64,000 bases of DNA from Selaginella moellendorffii (GCF_000143415.4 NW_003314289.1:1358293-1422292); one strand, 5' to 3'. Shown: positions 25,406 through 41,933, counted from the first letter of the stretch. Notes: a model not told the origin generated them from the sequence alone. Made by a program: numbers and translations.

Positions 25406-25920
25406 TTAGAGCAAGAACATTCCAAACACGACGCCGACACCAAAGACATTGCCATCGTTGTAGGTCGCCTCCGCGTAATCGTCAGTCTCGAGATCCCAGA
25501 AGCATCGCGACGCCATTTGCATGCTCTGCCCTCTCACCTCGCCGATCACCACCTGGACGACGAGCTTGTACCTCTCGAATTCCAGATCTGGCTGAATTCT
25601 TATCGAATTACTCTTGATCAGCTCTGAAAAGATACCTTTGAGGTCCGATTTGATGGAATCGGCGAGATCCCTGGCAACGCCCGGAGATGTCTCAGGATCA
25701 TACACCAGGCCCTTCAATTTCTCTTTCAGCACTGCTGCGATCGTGTCTCTCACCTGTCCAACACGGAACTTCTTCTTTGGCGCGTAGAGAAGAGGGCTTT
25801 CGATAATGACCTGCAGAGGATGATCACGCAAGAATCAGTTGAGATGGAGATGATCTGGAAGATCGATTTCACCCGTTTCTTCTTGTCGGCGTCCTCGGGG
25901 AGTGTCTCCAGTGCCGCCAT
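25406..25920 (-). CDS. TCTEX1D2: Tctex1-domain dynein light chain (TCTEX1D2/Tctex2b-like), 3 exons
   Basis: RYKLVVQVVIGEVRGQSMQMASRCFWD..TDDYA; introns 25811-25872 and 25588-25635. Confidence 0.88.
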
Positions 25921-26038
25921 TTTGATCGCCCAAGAACCCTAGATTCCCAGTTAAGTGCCACGTCATTCACTACCCGTTCGTATCGTCCTAGTCAGCAGGC
26001 GAGGTTTAGGGTTCAGGGCTTTTGAAAATCTTCTTGCG
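25921..26038. promoter_or_regulatory. Putative bidirectional promoter (118 bp between start codons)
   Basis: Head-to-head TCTEX1D2 and Kelch ATGs; telo-box-like AACCCTAG and TTTAGGGTT on opposite strands; GCCACGTCA bZIP-type site. Confidence 0.55.
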
Positions 26039-27789
26039 ATGTCGCTGCTCGAGGCGTCCATTCTCGAGAAGCTGGAGCTAGGGCGCGATCTCCCGATCGC
26101 GGAATGGGAGCGCCTCGACGGCGAGCGCTGCGCTCAGGAGCAAGCGATGCTCGCGGCGGAGCGCGATCGGCTTCGCTTGTCGCTTCAATCCGCGGATCCG
26201 GCGCTTGCCCTGGCCACCGACAAGAATCTGGAGTTCTGCGCGAATGCCGTGGCGCAGGTAACGATATTTCTAGCTAGATATTTGCTGATCTGCGAGTTCT
26301 TTCTCTAAAATTCCTCTCAAGATGAGGAGAGACGATGTCGAGCTTAGAAGGCTTCTCGAGGTCGCCAAAACTTTCTCGAAGCAACTTAACGATGTGGAGA
26401 CGCTGAAGAAGGCAAATGTGCTGCTTGAAACCTCTCAGGTATCCAAAACTTTCCTTTGTGCGTGGGAGAAAGAAAAATACCTCGTCTTTCTCATACCTGG
26501 CAGGCAAGCATGGCTTCGCAAATCCAAGCCTTGAAGCTCGAAGTGGGTGGACTGAAAGCCAGGGCTGTGGGAAAATCGGCGAACTTGGCCAGTCCACAGA
26601 TATTTGTCATGGGTGGCTACGATGATACTGCTCTCGTGAAAGCTGCGGAAGTATACTCGTTTAAATCATCGCAGTTCACGCCAGCTTGCTCCATGCTCAT
26701 CCCGCGATCTTCCGCCGCGTCGAGCGTTTTGGACGATCGCATTTACGTGTTTGGTGGTGGAGATGGGAAGAACTGGTTCGACACAAGTAAGAATGCTCCT
26801 TTCATTGAATCTCTGGTCTTCTCATGCGATGGTATCTTGTACTAACTCAGCTGAGCGTTACGACTCTATCAGTAATAGCTGGAGCAAATGCAGCTCGATG
26901 AAATACAAGCGTGGTAACTTAGCAGGAGCAACAGTCGGCGGTAAAGTGTATGCTCTTGGCGGCGGTAACGGTAAAGCCCAGTTTTCTCAAGTGGAATGTT
27001 ACGACGCCAACCTTGGTACTTGGACGTCTTCTCCGAGCATGCTCGAAAAGGTAACGACGTTCTTTTCTTTCTTTCTTTCTTTCTCTTTTTGTTTTTTTGC
27101 ATTTACCCTCTGCATTGCAGCGTTACATGGTAGCAGCTGCTGAGATTGGTGGAGCTTTGTATGCTCTGGGCGGCTTTGACGGTAGACACTATCTCAGGTA
27201 TACTCGTAGTCTTTTCTAAGCTTTAAGATGGTGCATTGATTAGGACTATGGAGCGCTTTGATCCTCGTGAATCTGTCTGGACGAAGATGCCATCGATGAC
27301 GTCCAAGAGAGGCAGCTTATCCTCGGCTGTCTCAAACGGGAAACTGTGAGTATTTGTCCACCTCGTCCATCTTCTAGTCAGAATTAGAAAACATGTTTCT
27401 GCAGGTATGCGCTGGGAGGTTTCGATGGTTCTGGATTTCTTTCGACCGTCGAGGCTTTTGATCCTCGTGCTGACCGCTGGGAAACGGTAAGTCACTGAAT
27501 CATGTTTCGTCTTGTCGTTTATCTGACAACGTCGAAACAGGTTCAACCCATGGGGTGCGCAAGAGCTTACGGTACTGCAGTCACTGTCAATGGCGCCATC
27601 CACGTTATCGGTGGACTGCAAACAATGAATGTTCTTTGTGATACTGTATGATTTTCTTGATATTCTCTTACAATGTACTACCAAGCTATTTTTTTGTTGC
27701 AGTGCTACGTGTACCGAGAGGAATCGGGCTGGACGAAGTTCGGACCATCCGGATGGAAGCGCAGCTTTCTCACCGCGGCAGTACTATAG
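26039..27789 (+). CDS. Coiled-coil plus Kelch-repeat protein (multi-exon)
   Basis: About six Kelch blades: IFVMGG, IYVFGG, VYALGG, LYALGG, YALGG, IHVIGG, with E.YD...W motifs. Confidence 0.9.
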
Positions 27790-28124
27790 GCAAGATTGAT
27801 GCCATGCATCTCTGGTACATAACTTACATAATCTAAATGATGGTTTTAAAACGTTTGTCTGGTTTCTCACGCACGAGGTCCAGGCAGGCCGATAAGTCTG
27901 GGCGAGTTGGTGAAAGTTTTATGATGATCCTGTAAGCAAACAAAAGAACAGTTTCGTTGAAACGAATCCAGCTGGGGCATAGCTATGAGAATCCGAGTAC
28001 AAGCAGATGCTCCGAAAGTCGCATTGCGTTCTCTCGATTCAGCGCGAGCGAGCTATAAATTTCGGTCAGGCTTTCACTTCTTTCTCATCACTTACTCGCA
28101 TCCCTGCAGCTCTTGTCCACCACC

Positions 28125-28973
28125 ATGGCCACCACCCGTTCGGCGACGATGATCCTCAGCGCTGTTCTATTAGCAGCATTGCTCTTCGCCTCCTCGGTGT
28201 GCGCTCACCACCATCACCACCGAAAGTTTAAATCATCCGGCTTCTTTTCCGCTCCGACAAAAGACTATCAAGGTGGTGGCTCAGGATACGCAGGCTTTGG
28301 TGGTGGCTCTGGTTCCGGCTCTGGAGAAGGAAGTGGATCCGGTTCTGGATCATCGTCACCGGTATATGGAGGAATTCCAGGTGGTGCTGGCTCTGGTTCT
28401 GGAGCTGGCTCGGGCTCTGGGATGGGGAGTGGCTCCGGCTCTGGGAGCGGCTATGGAAGTGGTGGCCCAGTGAGTGGAGGCGGCACAGGTTCTGGCTCTG
28501 GCTCCGGTTCTGGAAGTGGCTCGGGTTCTGGCTCTGGAAGTGGTGGAAGTCCGGGATATGGTTCTTCGCCTGGCAGTGGCTCCGGCTCTGGACAAGGCAG
28601 CGGCTCCGGCTCGGGCTCTGGAATGGGATCGGGATCCGGGAGTGGTGGCTCGTATGGAAGTGGCTCTGGACAAGGTAGTGGGAGTGGATCTGGCTCCGGC
28701 TCTGGAAGTGGCTCTGGAGGAAGTGGAAGTGGAAGTCCATACTATGGAGGAATTCCTGGAAGTGGCTCGGGCTCCGGCTCCGGCTCTGGTTCTGGCTCTG
28801 GAAGCGGCTCTGGAGGAAGTGGAAGTCCGTACTATGGTGGAATTCCTGGAAGTGGCACTGGAAGTGGCGGTGGAAGTGGAAGTGGAAGTGGTAGTGGAAG
28901 TGGAAGCGGGAATGGAAGTGGCGCAGGATCTTCTCCAAGTGGAACTCTTCCTTGCAGTCCACCACCTTATTAA
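28125..28973 (+). CDS. Secreted Gly/Ser-rich cell-wall structural protein
   Basis: Signal peptide, His5 tract, (GS)n arrays with SPYYGGIPG repeats; TATAAA at ~28054. Confidence 0.85.
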   Translation: MATTRSATMILSAVLLAALLFASSVCAHHHHHRKFKSSGFFSAPTKDYQGGGSGYAGFGGGSGSGSGEGSGSGSGSSSPVYGGIPGGAGSGSGAGSGSGMGSGSGSGSGYGSGGPVSGGGTGSGSGSGSGSGSGSGSGSGGSPGYGSSPGSGSGSGQGSGSGSGSGMGSGSGSGGSYGSGSGQGSGSGSGSGSGSGSGGSGSGSPYYGGIPGSGSGSGSGSGSGSGSGSGGSGSPYYGGIPGSGTGSGGGSGSGSGSGSGSGNGSGAGSSPSGTLPCSPPPY

Positions 28974-30619
28974 AGTAGCACTCCAGGTTCTGGAGAAGGG
29001 AGTGGGGGTGGAAGTGGCTCAGGATCTGGGTCTGGCTATGTGCCCAGTCCTCCATATTATGGTGGTGGCTATTAGATTTTGACCACTACTATAAAATAAT
29101 TTGTATCTATAAATTTGAATTTGAATATAACCATTTCTAATTTATATAAAGTAAAATAGTAAATCACTTAACACCAAGCAAATTTTGCAGCTGGGAGAAT
29201 GATATAAACCATAAAAATCTTCCAAGAATAGACTGTGGGATATAAGGCTGTAACGGGAGGTTTGGCCTAAGGTTCACCCTCTTTTATAAATAACCACATT
29301 TGACACTAAATTATAACTTAGGTTGCATTTAAATGAATTTCAAGAAAGGAGGATGAAGTATTTCATTTTTTAATTTTCAAAGAAGAGAGATTCCTTTTCT
29401 TTCCTTTTTCTTCAAGTTTCCATTCATAATTTTATTCAGAAATATTGGAAAGAACCATAAGAATCTTATATTCTTTTGCTTTGTAACTTTTGAAAGAACC
29501 AATAAGTAAACAAAAACAAAACTTGATATACACATTTACCTTTCTAGATTTGATGGCCATGCTTAAGAAAGCTTGGAAATGACAAATTAATATCTTAAAT
29601 CACCGCTTCTAATATGGAAGAGAGTTTGTCATTGCTTTTGAGGTAGTAAAAACCTTTTGAAATATATTAAAACATAGTATATGCATCACATAAAAACAAA
29701 ATCCAAGGCCATATCAGACTTGAAAATGAACTTAATTGAAACATTCAAAAGAGAAAATGACAAAGGCATCATGCCTGTACAAATGATAAAGTCTCCAAGA
29801 AACATAAACAAATGTTCTAGCAAACATGGGATTTTGAAAGAAGTGTTCAAAAGTAAATATGCAAAATCATAAAATCAACAAGAAATTACTTGTTTCTATT
29901 GAACAAATGTCTCCAATCTAGAGATTTTTGGTGCCACCTTATGGAAAAATGGGTAGGTATACTTACAACGAGAGCAATGAATTGGTAGTCTGTAAATCTG
30001 TTTTACTGTTGTACTTGTCTTTGTTTAAGATTTTCTCATTAGACTTAAAACCCTCCCTCCACAAACATTGCAGATGGTGGCAATATATCCTCAAATTGCT
30101 TAAGAGACTGAAATAAGAGTAGTCAAATGCCACCATGTTAGCCTTTGCATACCACAAATTGAGCAAACCTCAGCACCATCAAATTAATCTTTATCACCTT
30201 CACATAGACTTCACCTGACTAGTTCATTCATTCCAAACCTCCTGCAAAAACAAAGAGAACTCTATCCCCTGTGCCTGGTTGGCCCCACTCTCTCCTTCAT
30301 CCCAGACCCTGGTTCATCCAAGCCTGCTAGATCAATGCTTGATTCTTCTTGAAATATTGATCGATTTGCCTCAGATTCTTCCACTATCAATTGATCTACC
30401 TTGCATTCTCCCACGGCCTCCAAGAACCATGGCCTAGGTGCTTGAATTCTATCCAACTCTCTAGATTCACATTTATGCAAGGCGACCACTCTCTCCTCTC
30501 TTCTATTTACCTTTCTCATTGTGATCCGATGATCGGCACCTTGCTCCACGGCCTTCTTCCAATAGTTTTCCACAACATACCCAACCTTGGAAATGTGCCA
30601 GGCCCCCTATGGGGTGAAT

Positions 30620-31135
30620 GATGCAAGTGAAAGGACTGGTAGAAAGAAGCAGCAACAACGAGCCCGGGTTTTAAAAGAGGAAAGAGGTTTAGAGATGGCA
30701 CCACTGAAGCCTGCCATTGACGAGAACCCCGGTGTTGAAGAATGTGGCACTGTTGCTAGAACTGATGCAAATTGCTAGACACACCTTCAAAAAAACATTA
30801 TAGAAGCGTCTCAGCAAAAGAGGACTTTCAAGCTCAAAAAACAGAACGAAACGAGAAATCTTGAAGAAAAAACTGATTTTTACCTCAGGAAATGAGAAAA
30901 GAACCTGGAAAGAACTTGCAACGCAAACTTATCTCTAGAGCTCAGGAAAACTTACTTGCCAGTATGGAAGTGGGCGATCCTTTCACTGATGACGAGCCAT
31001 ATCCGAGGAATGAAGAGGATGACCCATGCATGGAGCTTGTTGGAGGATAGCCAGTGATGAGCCCCACATTCTCGCCGATGTCCTTGACCACGCCCAGATT
31101 GTTGGGCTCAATCTGCGAGTAGTGGAGCACCGCCG
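30620..31135 (-). pseudogene. Nodulin-like/NFD4-type MFS transporter fragment
   Basis: LHYSQ...LGVVKDIGENVGL...FLGYG and NSATFFNTGVLV..GFSGAI match the nodulin-like N-terminal domain; deletions, no start. Confidence 0.65.
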
Positions 31136-31700
31136 AACGCGTAGTGACTGACGTGGGGGGTTCTTGGGTAATCGCGAAGAATCGATCAAAATGGCGGCAT
31201 TGGAGACTCTCCCCGAAGACGCCGACAAGAAGAAACGGGTGGAATCAATCGTTCCAGATCAGCTGATTCTTGCGTGATCATTCGGGATTCCTCTACAGGT
31301 CATTGATCGAAAGCCCTCTTCTCTACGCGCCAAAGAAGAAGTTCCGTATTGAGGGACACGTTCGTGGCAGTGCTCACAGAGAAATTGAGGGGCCTGGTGT
31401 GTGTTCCAGAGACGTCTCCGGGCATTGCCAGGGAATCGGCCAATTCTCAGCCAGATCTGGAATTCGAGAGGTACAAGCTCGTCGTGAGAGGGCAGAGCAT
31501 GCAAATGGAGTCGCGATGCTTCTCGAGACTGAGGATTACACGGAGGCGACCTACAACGATGGCAATGTCTTTGGCGTCGGCGTCGTGCTTGGAATATTCT
31601 TGCTCTAATCGACGACTCAGCAGCGATCGATTGCGCAAGCTCTTCGTTATCGAAAGAGAGAGGAAGAAGACAGACGAATATGCGGGTATCTCATATGCGG
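31135..31700 (+). pseudogene. Inverted, deleted duplicate of TCTEX1D2 including promoter and 3' flank
   Basis: Near-identical to the reverse complement of ~25330-25980; ATG at 31191; intron 1 retained; internal deletions and frameshifts. Confidence 0.9.
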
Positions 31701-31984
31701 ACAAAGATACTAGGCGCGTGGAGAGCACGTGTTTATCATCCCCTACCTAGGGCAACCATTTCTTTAAGAAAATTCTCCTCCCATTGCTCCGGACTCGAGG
31801 CTATGGCGATAATATTTCCAGTCCACGAGCTCCAAATCTTCGATCCAAGAAGCTGCCGCTGCGAGATTCGAGCAAGATTAGCTCGCCGGGGCTGAGGTAT
31901 AGAGATCGGCATTCTAGGATTGAGGAGGATCGACAAATCAGGATCGGAATTTCTCGCATCGATCGATAGCGCGGCGCTGCGGCG

Positions 31985-33564
31985 ATGTATTTCGTCACGG
32001 ATCGAGGATGGGCAATCCTCCTGATGCTCTGCTCCTTGTGGTGCCTCGGGACCTGGCCGATCTTCTTCAACATCGCCGAGAGGAGAGGAAGGCTGCCACA
32101 GCACACCTACATTGATTACGCCATCAGCACCTTCGCGGTGGCAGTGATCTTTGCGTTGACCCTGGGGCAGATCGGGGATAGCGATCCAAGCGCTCCCAAT
32201 TTCATCCAGCAGCTCTCTCAGGTATATGGCTCTTTCTTTCCCGGCATGAATTCTAAGGATGTACGACAGGATAATCTTCCTTGTGTGCTTATAGCTATGG
32301 CTGGAGGCATCGCCCTCTGCCTGGGCAATATTTGTATGCAATACTCGCTGGTGTTCGTGGGGATCTCTATCACGGAAGTCATATCCGCGAGCTTGGCAGT
32401 CATCTTTGGTAAGCTAGCTCTATCGACTTTCTTTTCTTCCCTGTGGTGGTTTTGTGTGATTTGTTTTGCTTGTCTTCTTCGATCAAAGACGTGTGATTCA
32501 TTTTAGTTGCGTTCTTCGAATATGTGTGATTTATTTTTCTTGCGTTCTTCGAAGATTGAAGTACTGACTTATTTCTAGGAACGACTGCGAACTACTATCT
32601 GGACAATTGCTTGAACTCTGCTAGAGTTCTCTTCCCGGGAGTTGGGTGCTTCGTGATCGCTGTTCTGCTAGGATCTTTCTGTCACGCATCAAATGCAAAT
32701 GATAGAACGGCGAGGTTGGGCCCAAGCAATCCCAGGTGAGATTAAAGTCACTTTCCAGTTAAGCGACATTTATATATTGTATGTGGACTTTTTAGGTGCG
32801 AGGCTGAGCAAGATCTTCACACGAACCTTCTAAAGAGCTGTAAGCTTTTCTCGTTCTTACTATTTCGGTTTTGATAACGATATCTAGCATGTTAATTTGA
32901 TTCAGCTCTGGTGGACCTCATTGCGACAGAAACATCAAGCTCTTTTATGGACTTGGAAGAGCAAAGAGCAGTGAAGGTATGTACTATGACTTCTAAAACC
33001 GTCAAACTTGATCAAAATGGATTTTTTTCCTTCATCCAGGTCAGAGATTCCAGCGTCATGTTTGGACTCCTCCTAGCCTTCATCACCGGGACGTGCTACG
33101 GCTTCTTCTCGCCGCTGTTCAACATCGCCACCAACGATCAGTTCCACTTGCTTGATCCTCAAGTCCCACACCTGGTAATCTACACAAGTTTCTTCTACTT
33201 CTCCACGGCATTCCTGGTGCTCGGAGTGCTCATCAACGTCTACTTGCTCTACTATCCCGTGCTCGGTCTACCAAAGTCCTCACTCTGGGCCTACCTCTCG
33301 GACTGGAAAGGCCGGGAGCTGGCGATCCTGGCAGGATTGGTGTGTGGTTTCGGGAATGGTTTCCAGTTTATGGGAGGACAGGCAGCAGGATACGCCGCCG
33401 CCGATGCTGTCCAGGCGTTACCACTGGTGGGAACGCTGTGGGGAGTGCTCCTCTTTGGTGAATACCGTGGTAGCTCACACAGGACGCTGGCGTTACTGGT
33501 GTCCATGCTGGTGATGTTCTCGGTGGCAGTGGCTCTTCTCATCGCATCCGCGAGAGAAAGGTGA
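31985..33564 (+). CDS. UPS: Ureide permease (multi-exon)
   Basis: LGTWP, ERRGRLPQHTYIDY, FSPLFNIATNDQ, CGFGNGFQFMGGQAAGYAAADAVQALPLV. Confidence 0.95.
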
Positions 33565-33939
33565 TTAAGTGGCCTGAAAATAACTCTATGGATTTGGTTA
33601 ATTCTTTAGCTTCCCAGGTGGGAAGAACACTGTATCGTATCACACATTCTTGCCGATGATTGTATAATGTAAGAAAGCTCGATCTCCTCGAATTTAAGTA
33701 AAACCAGGAGTTTACTCCCGGTCGATTCTTGTATATCATTTCCAAGCTTGATTTTTCGTATAAAACTTGATTTTTTATCAATAAAAAGTCAAGATTTAGC
33801 TTATCCAAGCGCGTAAAACTTGATTTTTCATACAAAAAAAAAAAAACTCAAGCTTTTTGTTTAAAAATTTGAATTTTTACCAGTAAAAAGTTAAAGATTG
33901 ATAGAAATGTAGTTCTTGCGATCTCACTTTCATCAGCTT

Positions 33940-34013
33940 GCTTTCATAGCTCAATTGTTAAGAGCACCCGTTTAGTAAACGGGAGGTCCTGAGTTCAACT
34001 CTCAGTGAAAGCA
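33940..34013 (+). tRNA. tRNA-Thr(AGT) with atypical D-loop
   Basis: GCTTTCA/TGAAAGC acceptor stem, CCCGT-TTAGTAA-ACGGG anticodon arm, GTTCAAC T-loop, poly-T terminator just downstream. Confidence 0.88.
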
Positions 34014-34442
34014 TATTTTTTCTCTCGCATTGTGGGCCGGCATTATTGGTGCAGTGGTTATTCTTTTTTTTTTTCCCTTCGCAACAGTTGAATATTCCTC
34101 CTCATCCGGTGGCAGTAGCTCCCATTTTTGCCATTGTGTGGAGGCGAGGGCATCTAGGGCTTGGGCGCGGCGCTGCCGCTTCATCGATCATCCACCTCCG
34201 CGATCACAGATCTGGTAGAGTACTGCGCATTCTCGTCGATTTCGCTGCTTTGGCCTTGATTTCTTGCAAAGGTTCCTCCAAAATCTCCCTGTTTGAGCTT
34301 TGTCGGCGTGTTTGCGTGGTCACTGTTGTGGATTTTGGCTGTTGCTCGCTAGCAATTAGAAATTCTCATCGATCTTGCCGTCTTGCTCATCTCAAAACCT
34401 GTTTTTTCTCGGTTCTTTGCAGGCGATTTTCTCGTGGCGAGC

Positions 34443-35666
34443 ATGGAAATCTGCGCAAGAAATCTTAGCACTGTCCAACAGCCTTTGGCGGCGCTCAGTA
34501 GCATGGAGACTAACGAAAGGAGGAGGTTTAGACCAGGAATTTTTGTAGACAAGCTGGAAGACGAGGTCTTTTGTCCAAAGCCTCGCCGTCCTTGTAACTC
34601 GGGTCGTCGGCAAAAGAGGTAAGACTTCTTCTTGTGTTTTCTTTGTTCTTTCTTACCCAGTTCTTTGTGTTTTCCTTGATGCAGCTCAACACCTCGTAGT
34701 AGTGACGCGGGATTCGAAATCCTGGACATTTTTTTGAGTAAGGTACTTGATTTCTTTCTCTTCTTCTTCTTTGTTCGTACGTCTGTTTCTTCCTTCTGTT
34801 GATCGCTGAAAGTTTTTTTTTTTCTTGTTCTCTTGCTCTTAGACGAACAAATTCACGGATTTGAAAGCATGTTTCCTTCTGTCAAGTTTTTCTCCACTGC
34901 CGTCTTTCATTTTCCTAAGCTCGGTTTTCATGAGTCTTCGATTTCTTCGTATGCCGAGTCTTTTCCGCTACTAAAACTTTTGGCTGATCGCTGAAAGTTC
35001 CGTTTTTTTTCTTGTTCTCTTGCTCTTAGACGAACAAATTCACGGATTTGAAAGCATGTTTCCTTCTGTCAAGTTTTTCTCCACTGCCGTCTTTCATTTT
35101 CCTAAGCTCGGTTTTCATGAGTCTTCGATTTCTTCGTATGCCGAGTCTTTTCCGCTACTAAAACTTTTGGCTGATCGCTGAAAGTTCCGTTTTTTTCTTG
35201 TTCTCTTGCTCTTAGACAGAAAGCATGTTAATGTGAAAGCATTTTTGCTTCTCGTACCATGTCAAGTTCTTTCGTCTTTCATTTTCTGAAGCTTTCATGA
35301 CACTTTTTGAGTCTTCGATTTCTTCGGAGTCTTTTCCGCTACTAAAGATTCTTCCAGCGTTTTGTTTCTAACCAGCGCCGTGCTCGTTTACAGAGTAGCT
35401 ATGGCGAGCCATCGAACTTTGGTTGCTCTCCACCTTATTTTTCCGGCTCACCACCGACGCGAGCAGGCAATCCCCTGGTTCGCGATGTACAGTTCGGTCG
35501 CCAAAGGCCACCGCCCGCCATAACTCCGTCGTCAACAACACCATCAACAGGAGGCCGTTCACAGCAGACTGCTCACGCTCGAGAGGCTTCTCGTGGATCC
35601 AGCCCCTGCATCCGAGTGGAAGGTTTTGCTTCCACTGGTGCGGACATCGTCTCAGCCATCGCTTGA
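34443..35666 (+). CDS. Conserved plant protein of unknown function (CPKPRR / GSPP.R..NPLV.D / RVEGF family)
   Basis: Spliced motifs VFCPKPRR, AGFEILDIFLSK, SPPYFSGSPPTRAGNPLVRDVQF, IRVEGF. Confidence 0.8.
34800..35345. repeat. Intronic tandem repeat, ~186-bp unit x ~3
   Basis: GATCGCTGAAAGTT at 34801, 34986 and 35173; first two units near-identical, third diverged. Confidence 0.93.
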
Positions 35667-36270
35667 GCGAAAACAATTCTTTCGGATCGATCGTCGCCGA
35701 AACTCCATCGACTACTTATACAGGTGTGTGTCCTGGTCGAGAGGTGTGAGAAGCTGTTTTTTTCTTCCTCTTTTCTTTCATTTCCATTTTTCTTCCAGTT
35801 TTTTTTTGCTTTGTTTTTCCTTGCTTCCTTCCGGGCAGGAACAGGCAGTGAGAGAGATCATCCAGATTGAGAAGCAGCACAATCAAAGACCATCGTGCTG
35901 GTGCTCGGCGAGAAAAAATTTTGGCCGGAACTTTGCCAGAGAGAATTGAGAGAACAATCCTTTTTTTTTTGCTTAGTAGTGTACAAAGAAGTGAGTGGTT
36001 TTGACAGATTTTCGTTTTTCCCGTTATTTCTTCTGCTGATGTACATGAAAATTCTATGTAATTAAAACTGACTTGTGGTACTTGTGATCAAGACTATCTT
36101 GTACAGTTGTACTTGAGTAAAACTTGCTTAGATATAATTAATCTTTTTATTTAGACTAAACACCCGCGAGGGTGCCACGTGTCACGACACTGTCAGCAAA
36201 ATGTAGCTAGCTTTGGAAGGAAATAGGGTTCTTGCGCGGTGGATTCTTGTTTTGTTGTTTATTTGCTGCG

Positions 36271-37866
<1,596 letters not shown>

Positions 37867-38046
37867 CTCCCAAGTAAGATGCACATATTTGACAGTACAC
37901 TGGACTCACGCTCATTTAGTCGTGTACAGCCTCGTGCAATCACGCTATTAGAGTGTCACAAAAATTGGATTACATAAACGGAAGACTCGAAACATGGTCA
38001 TTCAGGTTATTGGGCTCCTTTTGTTCTTTCTAATATACTTTCCAGG

Positions 38047-38793
38047 ATGACACTTAGTTTCTTCCATGCAATGCTGGTTATCTCCTCACTTTGTGTCTCC
38101 TTTCCAGACCATTTTCCTTGTAAATGCTATTCATCGCCAACCCCAGCTCCAAGTCCATCTCCAGTTTTTCCGGCTCCATCTCCTATCTATCCATCTCCAT
38201 CTCCAGTATCTCCATCTCCACTCTCTCTGGCTCCAGCTCCTATCTCTCCATCTCCAGTCTCTCCAGCTCCATCTCCAATCTCTCCGGCTCCAGCCTCTCC
38301 ATCTCCATCTCCACTTTCTCCGGTAGCTCCAGTCTCTCCATCTCCACTATCTCCGGCTCCAGCCTCTCCAGCTCCAGTCTCTCCATCTCCACTCTCTCCG
38401 GCTCCAGCCTCTCCAGCTCCAGCCTCTCCATCTCCGCTTTCTCCAGCTCCAGCTCCAGTCACTCCATCTCCATCTCCGCTCTCTCCGGTTCCATCTCCAT
38501 CTCCTGCTCCAGCTCCAGTCTCTCCAGCACCATCTCCAACTTCTCTAGCAGCCTCCCCGGTTCCATGTCCGACCTCTCCAGTTCCATCTCCAACACCAAC
38601 ATCTCCAACATCTCCAAAGTCCACGACGAAGACACCATTTCCTTGGAGAGATTGGCCCAAGGAGATGGTGGGACGTCAACGCACTTGGGCTGTTCCATCT
38701 CCAGCTCCAACCATCACTCCAGCACCCTTCACTGTTCCATCTCGTCGAGATGGTCGCGGAGGATGGGGACGTAGCCTGTCACTACGTATGTAA
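38047..38793 (+). CDS. Pro/Ala/Ser/Thr-rich arabinogalactan/extensin-like protein (start uncertain)
   Basis: Hydrophobic N-terminus followed by [10 protein letters not shown] repeats; no clear GPI tail. Confidence 0.6.
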   Translation: MTLSFFHAMLVISSLCVSFPDHFPCKCYSSPTPAPSPSPVFPAPSPIYPSPSPVSPSPLSLAPAPISPSPVSPAPSPISPAPASPSPSPLSPVAPVSPSPLSPAPASPAPVSPSPLSPAPASPAPASPSPLSPAPAPVTPSPSPLSPVPSPSPAPAPVSPAPSPTSLAASPVPCPTSPVPSPTPTSPTSPKSTTKTPFPWRDWPKEMVGRQRTWAVPSPAPTITPAPFTVPSRRDGRGGWGRSLSLRM

Positions 38794-38954
38794 AGATTTA
38801 CGTATCATTTGATTGATGCATAACACTTTTGACTTGAAAGGGCAAAAAAGAACGCATGAAAGCCCCAGGGTTGCTTCAAGCACAATCCCTTGTGAGCCAA
38901 GGAAGAAAACCAAGCACCAAAAACAAAACAAAAAAAAAACAAACTTTCCTCCCG

Positions 38955-41933
<2,979 letters not shown>

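Noticed and set aside
28228-29082. Long alternative-frame and antisense ORFs over the Gly/Ser gene (and likewise 38124-38774)
   Set aside because: By-products of codon-repetitive sequence
30120-30600. Possible LINE RT fragment on the minus strand
   Set aside because: Motifs too weak to support a call
34800-35345. CRISPR-like array or intronic snoRNA cluster
   Set aside because: Whole units repeat with no unique spacers, in a eukaryotic intron; no box C motif seen
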